This document shows positions 16,332-25,708 of a DNA stretch of 64,000 bases, in pieces. Position 1 is the stretch's first letter. Each line of letters opens with the position of its first letter. The position numbers and the translations under genes are program-made. The notes beneath the pieces were generated by a model, which was given only the letters and a program-made list of their open reading frames with translations, did no database searches and was not told the origin of the DNA. The stretch is from contig DAOUIZ010000051.1 of NCBI GenBank assembly GCA_034423195.1, forward strand, positions 56,174-120,173, in the 5' to 3' direction. The stretch comes from Dehalococcoidia bacterium. Lineage in GTDB: Bacteria > Chloroflexota > Dehalococcoidia > Lucifugimonadales > UBA3495.

Positions 16332-17516
16332 ATGAACCGCTGGCCTACGGTCCACTACAAGGAAGAAGGCATGCGTGAAGGCATGCAGATTGAGGACTCC
16401 AACATCGCCGTCGACGACAAGATCGAGCTCCTCGACGCCCTCTCCGAAACCGGCCTTCAGCAGATCGTCGTTGGCTCTTTCGTCAGCCCCAAGTGGACCC
16501 CCCAGATGGAACGCATCGACGAGATTGTCAGCCGGTTCACCCCCCAGCCCGGCGTCACCTACACCGCCTTGGCTCTCAATGCCCGCGGCGTCGAGCGCGC
16601 CCGCGCCTACTCTCCCCCTCTGACCATCGAGCGGGACGGGTTCCCCCGCCTCAACTGCCACATGTGCGACGTCTTCACCCGCCGCAACACCAACCGCACC
16701 CAGATGCAGGAAATGGAGCGCTGGCCCCAGATAGTCGCCCAGGCCCAGGAACTCAACATCAAGGAAGCCGGCATCGGCTGCAACGCCAGTTGGGGCTCCA
16801 ACTTCCTCGGCGGGTTTCCCGTCGACAGCCTCATGACCCTGTTCGAAAAGCAGCACGGGATGTGGGACGAGGTCGGCATCAACGTCGTAAGCTGCTCCAT
16901 GGGCGACCCCATGAGCCACTGCCGCCCCGACAAGGTTGAAGAGAGCCTGTACCGGGTCAAGGAGCGCTGGCCGGAAATCAACCACTTCCGCCTGCACCTC
17001 CACAATGGCCGCAACATGGCCCTTCCCTCCGCCTACGCCGCTCTCCGCACCCTCGGCCCCGAGGACACCCTCGAACTGGACGGCACCATCGGCGGATACG
17101 GCGGCTGCCCCTACTGCGGCAACGGCCGCGCCACCGGCATGGCTCCCACCGAGGACCTCCTCCACATGATGGAGGACATGGGCATCCCCACCGGCGTCGA
17201 TATCGACAAGCTCATCGACTGCGTCTGGATGGCCGAGCGCATCCTCGGGCGGGAACTCTACGGCCATGTGTCCAAGGCCGGCCCCCGGCCCAGGACTCCC
17301 GACCAGCTCTACGATATGAACATGCCCTTCGTGGAGACGCTGGAGCAGGCCCGCCACTTCAAGACCGGACCCGGCGCCTACGAAGGCGGCATCTACCCCT
17401 ACCGCGAGCCCATCACCAGCCCCTACCGCGACCGGGTGGAAGCCGGACAGCCGGCCTTCGACGACGCCAACGGCGACTTCCCCTGGAAGCAGGACTGGTT
17501 CCCCGCCAAGGACTAA
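16332..17516 (+). CDS. HMG-CoA-lyase-like (pyruvate carboxyltransferase/DRE-TIM) family lyase
   Basis: ATG 5 nt after AGGAGAAG. N-terminal EEGMREGMQ motif (equivalent of the E-x-R-D-G-x-Q motif). HLHNGRN metal site. 394 aa, longer than a canonical HMG-CoA lyase. Confidence 0.8.
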   Translation: MNRWPTVHYKEEGMREGMQIEDSNIAVDDKIELLDALSETGLQQIVVGSFVSPKWTPQMERIDEIVSRFTPQPGVTYTALALNARGVERARAYSPPLTIERDGFPRLNCHMCDVFTRRNTNRTQMQEMERWPQIVAQAQELNIKEAGIGCNASWGSNFLGGFPVDSLMTLFEKQHGMWDEVGINVVSCSMGDPMSHCRPDKVEESLYRVKERWPEINHFRLHLHNGRNMALPSAYAALRTLGPEDTLELDGTIGGYGGCPYCGNGRATGMAPTEDLLHMMEDMGIPTGVDIDKLIDCVWMAERILGRELYGHVSKAGPRPRTPDQLYDMNMPFVETLEQARHFKTGPGAYEGGIYPYREPITSPYRDRVEAGQPAFDDANGDFPWKQDWFPAKD

Positions 17517-17541
17517 CCCGCCAAACCCCACAGCAGCTAAC

Positions 17542-17573
17542 GGGGCCGCCGGTTTCTGCAGACCGGCGGCCCC
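17542..17573 (+). terminator. 12-bp GC hairpin after the HMGL-like gene
   Basis: Stem GGGGCCGCCGGT, loop ttctgcag, stem ACCGGCGGCCCC. No U-tract. Confidence 0.45.
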
Positions 17574-17647
17574 ATCATACCGGCAATCCAGCCATCGTCC
17601 GGTGTATAATGACCATGCCTTGGTGATTGCGCTGATATGGTTTCATT

Positions 17648-17950
17648 ATGAATAAGCGAAAAGTTCCTGCCTCTAAACCCAACCGTAGAAGAACATATCG
17701 GATCAGACTGGGGCGTGGCGGTGCTCACAAGGTCACTTGCACCAAGGCGAGGTCTCTCGGATTCCTCGACGGTGTAGCTCGAATTTTCGACTTCACAGGA
17801 TCTTTGAACACGCGCCGTTACAGGGGTTCAGGATTCGAGGCCGATGCCGCCGCCCTCCGCTCAGACTGGATCGCTGTCGGTAATGACCTTCGTTCCGCAA
17901 TGGGCTGGTACGAAATCGAGGAAGGCATCGTCAGGAAATCACCCAAGTAG
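17648..17950 (+). CDS. hypothetical small basic protein in an AT-rich patch
   Basis: 100-aa ORF. One 60-nt line counted at about 38% GC. Basic N-terminus, C-terminal DAAALRSDWIAVGNDLRSAMGWYE. No family recognised. Confidence 0.45.
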   Translation: MNKRKVPASKPNRRRTYRIRLGRGGAHKVTCTKARSLGFLDGVARIFDFTGSLNTRRYRGSGFEADAAALRSDWIAVGNDLRSAMGWYEIEEGIVRKSPK

Positions 17951-17992
17951 GCGATGAATTCCGAACCTGAGGGATTTTATCCCGACTCCGAG

Positions 17993-18020
17993 AATCAGCC
18001 TGTCCAACGGCAGGCTGATT
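17993..18020 (+). terminator. intrinsic terminator-like hairpin
   Basis: Stem AATCAGCCTG, loop tccaacgg, stem CAGGCTGATT, followed by TGGTTTCC. Confidence 0.5.
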
Positions 18021-18133
18021 TGGTTTCCGAACAGCGTTCCAGGTTCAAGCGACAGGAAATAATCGTAGACGAACATCTCCCCTCCGAACCATAGTCAACG
18101 CCTTCCCAATCGCTTTGTAAAAGGATAACGCCA

Positions 18134-18715
18134 ATGACCACCACCCCCACCGACCCCAACCAGGTCCGCCTGACCGGAGAAAACTCCTTCATCCGGTTGC
18201 ACGCCGAGGAGGGCGGGCCAATGCTCACCCGGGTCAGCCACTGGAGGGTGCTCTACTCTCCCGCCGGTCCCGGCCACGTCCTCTACCTGAAGAGCGACAT
18301 GCTCGAGGATCAGGTGCTGGTCTACTCCGACAACATCGCCCTCGCCCGCTGGCTCCAGGGAGAGATCGAGTCTCTCCTCTTCCCCGAGTTCGCAGACCTG
18401 TCCCTTCCCGTCGTAGACGCCGAGTTCTCCAAGTCCGGGGACGGGCGCTCATTCTGGACGGAAAAGGTGGAGTCGGAAGAGGACACCATCCTTCTGACCT
18501 GGCACGACTTTGGCGAACCCTTCATGCTCCGCGTCGAGGCCGGCAGCGTTCCCGGCCGACCCCACGGCGTGTACAGCTGCTTCATTCCGGCCCACCAGGC
18601 CCAGATTACCTTCAACGGCGTGGTTGCGGCGGGAAGACCCCTCCCCGAAGCCCGGGGCGACAAGGAGAGCAGTTCCGCCTGCCTTGCGTGGTCGGAAACC
18701 TGGGTAAGGCCCTAA
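18134..18715 (+). CDS. hypothetical protein
   Basis: 193-aa ORF with genome-typical codon bias. No motif recognised. Confidence 0.55.
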   Translation: MTTTPTDPNQVRLTGENSFIRLHAEEGGPMLTRVSHWRVLYSPAGPGHVLYLKSDMLEDQVLVYSDNIALARWLQGEIESLLFPEFADLSLPVVDAEFSKSGDGRSFWTEKVESEEDTILLTWHDFGEPFMLRVEAGSVPGRPHGVYSCFIPAHQAQITFNGVVAAGRPLPEARGDKESSSACLAWSETWVRP

Positions 18716-19440
18716 CCGCCCCGGCCGTTCCCGCCGGACCGGAGCGGCTCTTTGGCCAGGGCCAGTCCCCATACCTTCGCGGCTCCGGCGTCCTTGAGAG
18801 CGGCGGCGCAGGCGAAAAGGGTGCTGCCAGTGGTGATAACGTCGTCCAGCAGCAGCACCCTCAAACCCGCAGCATCCGCCGTGGCCTCGAATGCCCGCGC
18901 CACGTTTCGGACCCGTTCTTCGCTGCTCGCCGACTCAACCTGGGGGCGGGAGTTTTCCACCCTCCGCAGCAACCCTTCGTTCACCGGCAGTCCGGTCCGG
19001 TTGGACAACTCCCGGGCCAGCAAGGTCGCCTGGTTATAGCCCCGGCTGCGCATCCGCCTGGGATGCAGCGGCACTGGCGCCAGCACCAGTTGGTTCTCTG
19101 GCCACCTGGCTATGAAGCCGGCCAGCAGTTCGCCCAGCGCGGGCGCCGCGGCCCGCATGTGCTGGTACTTGAAACGGTGGACCAGCTTCCGAAGCGGTTC
19201 TTCCAGCAGAAAGGGAGCCCGCACCCCGTCGATAACCGGCCCGGTGGCGGCGCACCGGGGACACGATCCGTTGAAGCCCGGATCGGCGCACAACGGGCAG
19301 AACGGGCGCTCAAGCCTCGCCAAGCCTGAAACGCATTCCGGGCATAGGACTTTCCCTTCCTTCCCGCAACCGGCGCATTCCATCGGAAAGACCAGGTCGA
19401 GGGCGGACCGGGAAAGGCTCTGGAGCCATGCGTTGACCAT
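18712..19440 (-). CDS. ComF-family phosphoribosyltransferase-domain protein
   Basis: Start trimmed to MVNAWLQ. N-terminal double zinc ribbon CAGCG..CPEC...CPLC..CPRC. PRTase loop VLLLDDVITTGSTL. Confidence 0.85.
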   Translation of the reverse strand: MVNAWLQSLSRSALDLVFPMECAGCGKEGKVLCPECVSGLARLERPFCPLCADPGFNGSCPRCAATGPVIDGVRAPFLLEEPLRKLVHRFKYQHMRAAAPALGELLAGFIARWPENQLVLAPVPLHPRRMRSRGYNQATLLARELSNRTGLPVNEGLLRRVENSRPQVESASSEERVRNVARAFEATADAAGLRVLLLDDVITTGSTLFACAAALKDAGAAKVWGLALAKEPLRSGGNGRGG

Positions 19441-19480
19441 TGTTACCGGCCCTTGCCGCGCCCCATCGAAAGCCATCGGC

Positions 19481-19996
19481 TCAACCCGGGGGGTTGCCTT
19501 CCGCCCAACGCTCCAGGATGAGCCGGTCGCGGGGAAAAGCCAGGTCCGGCAGGGCATCCAGGGAAAAGAATCCGATGTCCAGGGCCTCTTCTCCGGCGGC
19601 CAGTTCGCCTCCTGTTTCCCGGGCGGCAAAAGCCGCGACGATGACGGGATGCCCCCGCTCGGAAAAAAGGCCGACCAGCCCGTCGATTTCCACCCGCAGA
19701 CCCGTTTCCTCCCATACTTCCCGTGCAGCGGCTTCCTCCACCACCTCTCCCCGGTCGACGTATCCTCCCGGCATGCTCCACTGGCCGTAGCCGGGTTGGT
19801 TTCCCCGCTTTATCAGGAGCACTCGGCCCTCCCGCTCCACCACCGCCGTCGCGGCGATCTTGGGGTCGAAGTAGACCACTCTGCCGCATTCGGGACACAC
19901 GGGACGGTGGGTTCCGCCGGACTCCCGCACCTGCAGGGACCCGGCGCAATTCGGACAATATCGGTCTCCTGGCTGCATGGGCGTTGAGCTTAACAC
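19481..19996 (-). CDS. NUDIX hydrolase with N-terminal zinc ribbon
   Basis: CPNC...CPEC ribbon, then Nudix box GGYVDRGEVVEEAAAREVWEETGL. Alternative start at the ATG at 19978. Confidence 0.85.
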   Translation of the reverse strand: MLSSTPMQPGDRYCPNCAGSLQVRESGGTHRPVCPECGRVVYFDPKIAATAVVEREGRVLLIKRGNQPGYGQWSMPGGYVDRGEVVEEAAAREVWEETGLRVEIDGLVGLFSERGHPVIVAAFAARETGGELAAGEEALDIGFFSLDALPDLAFPRDRLILERWAEGNPPG

Positions 19997-20080
19997 GCAC
20001 CCTTGAGTTTGCCAAAATCCCCGTTTTCCGGCCGGGTCTGCTCTTGGGACACGCCCAAGGATTGGGGTACCTTAACACCG

Positions 20081-20752
20081 ATGTTTACACGCAAAGCGGG
20101 GAGCGGCAATCTTCGGACAGCTCTGCTGGGGGTAGTCCTGGTTTCCGTCGCCGCCCTGGTTGGGACTGGCTTCGGGGGTCTGGTCTTCGGAGACTTGGGC
20201 GAGTTTCAGCAGAGAATCATGTGGTCTGCCGTTGTGGGGGTGCTCTTTGGCTCGGTCGGCCTTCTAAGCACGGTCGGGTTCTTCCAGCGGCGTTTCCCAT
20301 ACTTCTTCCCGGTCGGGTTTGCCATCTCGTGTGCCGCCGCATCGCTGGCTTTGGCCCTGGTTTGGGGCTCCTCGGGGCCGGGAGGTGTCGCCTGGAAACT
20401 GGCCACCACGGCAGCCATCGTCGCGGTTACCGCCTCCCACGTGGCCTTCCTCGCCACCTTTCCTTCCCGCCGGACCTGGGTCTGGGCCTGCCGGAGCGTG
20501 GCCATGCTGATCGCCATAGGCGTTGGATTCCTGGTGATTGGAGCGCTTTGGGGCGGTGGGGCCGGAGGGAACGCCGGCGTGTACTATGCCTGGTTGGCCA
20601 CAGCCTTGATCCTGGATGTCCTCGGGACCGTCGGCGTTATTTTGTTGTCCCGGCGGTTCGGCAGCCTCCGTCCACAGAGGGCAACTCGGGAAACCACCAG
20701 TCGTTTCCCCGGAACCCGAGGTTCCGCCGGAGCACCGGGCCCCTCCTTTTAA
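20081..20752 (+). CDS. hypothetical polytopic membrane protein
   Basis: Start trimmed to MFTRKAG. About six hydrophobic segments. No family recognised. Confidence 0.55.
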   Translation: MFTRKAGSGNLRTALLGVVLVSVAALVGTGFGGLVFGDLGEFQQRIMWSAVVGVLFGSVGLLSTVGFFQRRFPYFFPVGFAISCAAASLALALVWGSSGPGGVAWKLATTAAIVAVTASHVAFLATFPSRRTWVWACRSVAMLIAIGVGFLVIGALWGGGAGGNAGVYYAWLATALILDVLGTVGVILLSRRFGSLRPQRATRETTSRFPGTRGSAGAPGPSF

Positions 20753-20776
20753 CCCGCTGCCTTGGTTGTCGTCCCT

Positions 20777-21724
20777 TCAGCCTTCGTGCCTTCTCAGGAA
20801 TTCATCCACTTCGTCCCGGGTCGGCATCGCCTCCTGGGCGCCGGTCCTGGTGACCGATAAGGCTCCTACGGCCGAGGCCACTTTCACGGCCTCCCAAAGT
20901 TCCCTGCCTTCGGTCAACGCCACAGCCAGCCCTCCGTTGAACGCGTCCCCGGCTCCAACCGAGTCCACGGCGGAAACAGGGAAGGCCGGCTGGAAGTCGG
21001 AACCTGCCGCAGTGGCTGTGTAGGCTCCCTGCTCTCCCAGGGTGATGATGGCGCACTGTACTCCTTGATAGAGGAGGGCCGCCGCGGCGTCGGTGGCTGA
21101 TTGTCGGTCCTTGACGGGAAACCCGGCCAGCGCCTCCGCCTCCGTTTCGTTTGGCGTGGCGATGGTGCAGCGCGACAGGAGACCGTCTGGCATCTGCCGC
21201 ACTGGGCCCGGGTCCAGGACCACCGCCTTGCCCTGGTCCGCGGCGGTTTCGGCCACTCGCCTCGACAGCGCCATGGACACTTCCAGTTGCAGCAGCACCG
21301 TGGAGCAGTAGGGAAGCAGCCGCTCAACCTGCTGGTATTCCTCCTCCCCACAGGTGTCGTTGGCGCCCAGCACCTGGACGATCTGATTCTGGCCGGAAGA
21401 GTCTACGTTTATCACGGCAATCCCCGAGCTGGTGTCGGACCGGCCGACCGCGGAAACGTCCACCCCGCTGTTTTCCAACGCTTCCAGCAGTTGCCCGCCG
21501 AAGGCGTCGGTTCCCACCCTGCCCACCATGAACACCTGTCCGCCCATCCGCGCGGCCGCCACCGCCTGGTTGGCCCCTTTCCCGCCCGGGTAGGTCAGGA
21601 AGCGGTCGCCCACCACCGTTTCCCCGGGGCTGGGAAAGCGGTCGGAAACCGTCACCAGGTCCATGTTGATGCCCCCGAGCACCAGGATGCCCCGACCCGC
21701 CCCTTGTTTCATTCCTGTCTCCAT
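20777..21724 (-). CDS. rbsK: ribokinase
   Basis: PfkB family: GGKGANQAVAAARMG, NETEAEAL and DSVGAGDAFNGGLA motifs. Confidence 0.88.
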   Translation of the reverse strand: METGMKQGAGRGILVLGGINMDLVTVSDRFPSPGETVVGDRFLTYPGGKGANQAVAAARMGGQVFMVGRVGTDAFGGQLLEALENSGVDVSAVGRSDTSSGIAVINVDSSGQNQIVQVLGANDTCGEEEYQQVERLLPYCSTVLLQLEVSMALSRRVAETAADQGKAVVLDPGPVRQMPDGLLSRCTIATPNETEAEALAGFPVKDRQSATDAAAALLYQGVQCAIITLGEQGAYTATAAGSDFQPAFPVSAVDSVGAGDAFNGGLAVALTEGRELWEAVKVASAVGALSVTRTGAQEAMPTRDEVDEFLRRHEG

Positions 21725-21894
21725 CAGGTTCTGCGGATTTCACTCCAGGCCAACCTAGCACCGGCGGTTACGCCGGTCAACAATCCCCGGCCTCCCCGAA
21801 TCCATCCCCATCTGCCGTGCTATAATCCCCCAAATGCCTTCCTGGATAGGAAGGCACGAATTTCGTGCCCCACCACCGTTTCCGAGAGTAGAAA

Positions 21895-23109
21895 ATGACT
21901 TCGGCGTTGGAGAACATCAGGGTAGTAGACCTCACCCGTACTCTGGCGGGCCCCTTCTGCACCATGATGCTGGGAGATATGGGCGCCGATGTCGTCAAGA
22001 TCGAGGAACCCGAACGCGGCGACGAAACCAGGGGTTGGACTCCCTTCTGGAACGGGGAAAGCACCCAGTTCGTCTCCTTCAACCGCAACAAGCGCAGCGT
22101 CTCGGTCAACCTCAAGGAGAAGGAGGGGGTGGAGATTATCCACGCCCTCGCCGCCCGGGCCGACGTCATGACCGAGAGCTTCCGCGCCGGGGCACTGGAC
22201 CGGATGGGGCTGGGCTACGAGGCCATCAGCAAGATTAAGCCCGACATCATCTATTGCTCTATATCCGGCTACGGCCGGACCGGGCCCATGGCCCAGAAGC
22301 CCGGCTATGACCTGCTGATTCAGGCCTACAGCGGCCTGATGAACCTCACCGGCGACCCAGACGGAATGCCGATGCGGGTGGGTTTTTCCCTAGTCGACCT
22401 CTTCACCGGCATGATGGCCTTCGGCTCCATAATGACGGCCCTGTACCACCGGCAACAGACCGGCCAGGGCCAATGGATTGAAGCCGCCCTTCTGGACGGC
22501 CAGGTGGCCGCGCTGAGCTACCACGCCGCCGCCTACCTGGCCACCGGCAACGAACCCCAGCGGATGGGTTCCGGGCACCCCAGCCTGGTCCCCTACCAGA
22601 GCTTTCCCGCCTCCGACGGCTTCTTCATCGTTGGTGTCGCCAACCAGGGCCTGTGGACCCGGTTCTGCAACGGCATTGGCCGCCCGGACCTGCTGGAGGA
22701 CCCGCGCTTCCTCACCAACGACGACCGCGTTGCCCACCGCTCGGAATGTGTACAGGTCCTCAGCGAAATTTTCCAGGCGGACACCGTCGCCCACTGGGTC
22801 GAGGTGATTACCGAAGCCGGCGTGCCCTGCGGTCCCATCAACCGGGTTTCCGATGTCGTCGCGGACCCTCAGGTGTTGGCCAGGGGGATGATCGCCGACA
22901 TAACCCACCCCAACGTCCCCGGCCTGCGGGTGCCCGGTTCCCCCCTCAAGCTGACCGAAACGCCGCCGTCCGTGCGCCACCACCCGCCCCTCCTCGGACA
23001 GCACAACCGGGAAGTGTTGGAGGAATTGGGATACGCCTCCGCCGAAATCGCCCGCCTGGAGAAAGGCGCCGTCATAGGTCCCCTTAACGGCGCCGCCGAC
23101 GGACATTAG
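21895..23109 (+). CDS. CaiB/BaiF family (class III) CoA-transferase
   Basis: IRVVDLTRTLAGPFCTMMLGDMGADVVKIE N-terminus. Catalytic-Asp context FSLVDLFTG. 404 aa. Confidence 0.9.
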   Translation: MTSALENIRVVDLTRTLAGPFCTMMLGDMGADVVKIEEPERGDETRGWTPFWNGESTQFVSFNRNKRSVSVNLKEKEGVEIIHALAARADVMTESFRAGALDRMGLGYEAISKIKPDIIYCSISGYGRTGPMAQKPGYDLLIQAYSGLMNLTGDPDGMPMRVGFSLVDLFTGMMAFGSIMTALYHRQQTGQGQWIEAALLDGQVAALSYHAAAYLATGNEPQRMGSGHPSLVPYQSFPASDGFFIVGVANQGLWTRFCNGIGRPDLLEDPRFLTNDDRVAHRSECVQVLSEIFQADTVAHWVEVITEAGVPCGPINRVSDVVADPQVLARGMIADITHPNVPGLRVPGSPLKLTETPPSVRHHPPLLGQHNREVLEELGYASAEIARLEKGAVIGPLNGAADGH

Positions 23110-23240
23110 ATGAGGGAATTACACGGAATTTCAGGCGAACTAGGGGTTAGAAGCAATAGATGGTTGGGCTGTGAAGAAGCCAACTGGCAGTAGCCTGTTC
23201 AGCGGTCAACCAGGAGAGAATTATTAGTAATAAAGTCCTC

Positions 23241-23864
23241 TTGGCAATGCTCGCAATCAACGTTGTGGTGATGCTGGTGGTAGCTGGAATCGCTTATAAG
23301 GCCTTGGAGTCTATCAGTGAGATTCCCAACATCGTTCAGCAATCCCTGCCGGTGGTTTCTGAAGCTCCAAACCTTCGTGAATCATCCTTGCCATCAGTCA
23401 TTTCCGAGAAATCGGGCAAGACCGAGATCAACGGTTCGGTCGAAGCAAAGCTTAATCCAACCCAGGTTCCCACTATGGAGCAGGTCAAGCTAGAGGAAAA
23501 ATCTGAAGCGAGTCCTGCAAACGAACAATCGTCTAGGTTACTACCCGGCGCGTACGAATGGGCGAAAATCATTGTGGTTTACGTTCTGAATAAGGACGTG
23601 ACCATTGGATTCAGGCGTTCGTCGGAAAGTTCTGGGAATTCCTGTTGCGACCAAGACGAGCAGGTCTTGTTCGACCTGACAGACTCCGACCATCAAAAGA
23701 ATTTGTTGGCTTTGATGAGAAACTACGGAATAGGTGACGATTTAAGCCATGTGCATCTCCTTTTAGGCAAGGATGTAATCGTCAAATCTGAAGAGCGCCG
23801 AGAACCAGATGGAGGCCGGTATGTCGAGCGAACCCTGATTGCGCCGCTCTCGGGGACGCCGTGA
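23241..23864 (+). CDS. hypothetical membrane-anchored protein in an AT-rich islet
   Basis: 207-aa ORF. One line counted at about 47% GC. Single N-terminal TM helix, Ser/Glu/Pro-rich linker, C-terminal globular part. Start uncertain (TTG at 23241 or ATG at 23247). Confidence 0.5.
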   Translation: MAMLAINVVVMLVVAGIAYKALESISEIPNIVQQSLPVVSEAPNLRESSLPSVISEKSGKTEINGSVEAKLNPTQVPTMEQVKLEEKSEASPANEQSSRLLPGAYEWAKIIVVYVLNKDVTIGFRRSSESSGNSCCDQDEQVLFDLTDSDHQKNLLALMRNYGIGDDLSHVHLLLGKDVIVKSEERREPDGGRYVERTLIAPLSGTP

Positions 23865-23988
23865 CGGAGTTGGTGGCTTGGCACAAGCTCAGCGTACATG
23901 CTGTGGATGTCTAAAATTCCGTCACATGGTTCCTAGCTGGTTAGGCCCACGGGTCTTTAGCTAAAGTACCCTGCCCAGGGAGATTACC

Positions 23989-24735
23989 TTGACCAACCGG
24001 AAATCCATCCGCCTGATCCATACCTCCGACACCCACCTTGGGGACGAATGGAGCGCCGAGCTGGCGGAACGCGCCCTGGCCACTGTCGTTGCCAGCGTTC
24101 CCTCTCTGGGAGGGGATGCGCTGCTCCTCGTCGGCGACGTCTTCGACCACGCCCGGGTGTCCGATGCGACCCTGGTGTACTTCCTGGAACAGATAGCGAA
24201 AGCCGGCGTCCCGGCGATCGTCCTTCCCGGAAATCACGACCTGTACGGAGAGTACTCCCTCTATCTGAGAGAACCCTTTTCCCACAGCCCTCCCAACCTG
24301 CACATCCTGTCCCGGGAAGACGGGGAACGGCTCACCTTTCCCGGCTTGACCCTGGACGTCTGGGGACGGGCCATGTTTTCCCACACCCCGGAGTTCCGGC
24401 CGTTGCTGGGGATGCCTGCCGCCGCCCCTGACCGGTGGCTGGTTGCCCTGGCCCACGGTCACTACCATTTCGACTATGACACCGACCGCCGGTCCGCGCC
24501 CATCATGCCCTCGGAAGTCGCCGCGGCCCCCTGCCATTACCTGGCCCTCGGCCACTGGGAGCGTCATGTGGACGTTTCCCAGGGTGGGACAACCGCCGTC
24601 TACTCCGGGTCCCCGCTGGGAGCTTTGCACAGCAACGATTTCGTCAATGTCACCGTCGCCGACCTGGACCCGGATTCGGGCGTCCGGACCCGGCAGGTGA
24701 GCCTGCCCATGGCCGCCCAGGTTTCCGCGGACTGA
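23989..24735 (+). CDS. calcineurin-like metallophosphoesterase (SbcD/Mre11-like core, short form)
   Basis: IHTSDTHLG, LLLVGDVFDH and VLPGNHD motifs. TTG start. Confidence 0.8.
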   Translation: MTNRKSIRLIHTSDTHLGDEWSAELAERALATVVASVPSLGGDALLLVGDVFDHARVSDATLVYFLEQIAKAGVPAIVLPGNHDLYGEYSLYLREPFSHSPPNLHILSREDGERLTFPGLTLDVWGRAMFSHTPEFRPLLGMPAAAPDRWLVALAHGHYHFDYDTDRRSAPIMPSEVAAAPCHYLALGHWERHVDVSQGGTTAVYSGSPLGALHSNDFVNVTVADLDPDSGVRTRQVSLPMAAQVSAD

Positions 24736-24807
24736 CGCCACCCGTCCCAAACCGGAACGAAACATAACTTCCGCTACCCAACCTCCGCCGACCAAGGAGA
24801 ACGCTCC

Positions 24808-25683
24808 ATGCAGAAGCTGACCCGGGACAACATAATTTACTTCCTGGAGCCGGGCACTCCCCCCGCCGTCACCCTCGAATCCGGGGAGGAGCTCATGGTC
24901 GAGACCTGGGACGCTTTCGAAGGCGTCCGCGACCCCCGGGTCCTCGAGGAAAAGTCCTTGAAGGGCCCGGCCATTGGCCCCATCCACGTCAACGGCGCTG
25001 AGCCCGGCGACGCGCTGCGCGTCGAGTTCCTCAGCATCGTGCCCAAGGAGGACCCGGCCCACATGATCATGCCCGGCCGGGGATTCCTGGAGGAAGAGTT
25101 CACCGAGGCTTATCCCACCGTGATGCGCCTGGAGGACGGAAACATCGTCCTGCCCAGCGGCCTCAAACTCCCCCTGTGCCCGTCCATGGGATTGGTGGCT
25201 ACCACTCCCACCTACCGCCAGAGCACCGCCAGCGACAGCGGCCCCTACGGCGGCGACATCGACATGAAGGAGCTGGTGGAAGGCAGCACCTTGTTCCTGC
25301 CCGTCTTCGTTCCCGGCGGAATGCTGGCCATGGGAGACTGCCACGCCGTCGTCGGGGATGGCGCCGTGGCCGGCACCGGCGCCGAATGTTCCTCGGACAC
25401 CCACATCCGCGTTACCGTCGAAAAGGGGATGAACATTTCAGGGCCCCGGGCCATCACCCCCGACCACTACGTCGTGCTGTCCCACGGAGAAGAGTTGGGG
25501 CCGGCCATGAAGCAGGCCGTCCGGGACATGGTGGACTTTCTCGTCGAGGAGAAGGGCATGGCTCCCTACGACGCCTACACCCTGTGCAGCCTGGCCGGGG
25601 ATATCCGCGTGTCGCGGACCTTCCGCCCCATCAGCCCGGTGAAGATGATGCTCTCGCGCCAAGCCCTGGAGCAGCTGGACTGA
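24808..25683 (+). CDS. acetamidase/formamidase family amidohydrolase
   Basis: FmdA/AmdA-like: GPIHVNGAEPGDAL, GGDIDMKEL, MGDCHAVVGDG. RBS AAGGAGAA upstream. Confidence 0.85.
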   Translation: MQKLTRDNIIYFLEPGTPPAVTLESGEELMVETWDAFEGVRDPRVLEEKSLKGPAIGPIHVNGAEPGDALRVEFLSIVPKEDPAHMIMPGRGFLEEEFTEAYPTVMRLEDGNIVLPSGLKLPLCPSMGLVATTPTYRQSTASDSGPYGGDIDMKELVEGSTLFLPVFVPGGMLAMGDCHAVVGDGAVAGTGAECSSDTHIRVTVEKGMNISGPRAITPDHYVVLSHGEELGPAMKQAVRDMVDFLVEEKGMAPYDAYTLCSLAGDIRVSRTFRPISPVKMMLSRQALEQLD

Positions 25684-25708
25684 ACCCTGTGGGCGCCCGT
25701 CCCCGGCG

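Noticed and set aside
23124-23931. Inverted 9-mers (ACGGAATTT and AAATTCCGT) at the edges of the AT-rich islet, read as transposon ends.
   Set aside because: A 9-bp inverted match within 1 kb is expected many times by chance in 64 kb. There is no target-site duplication and no transposase.
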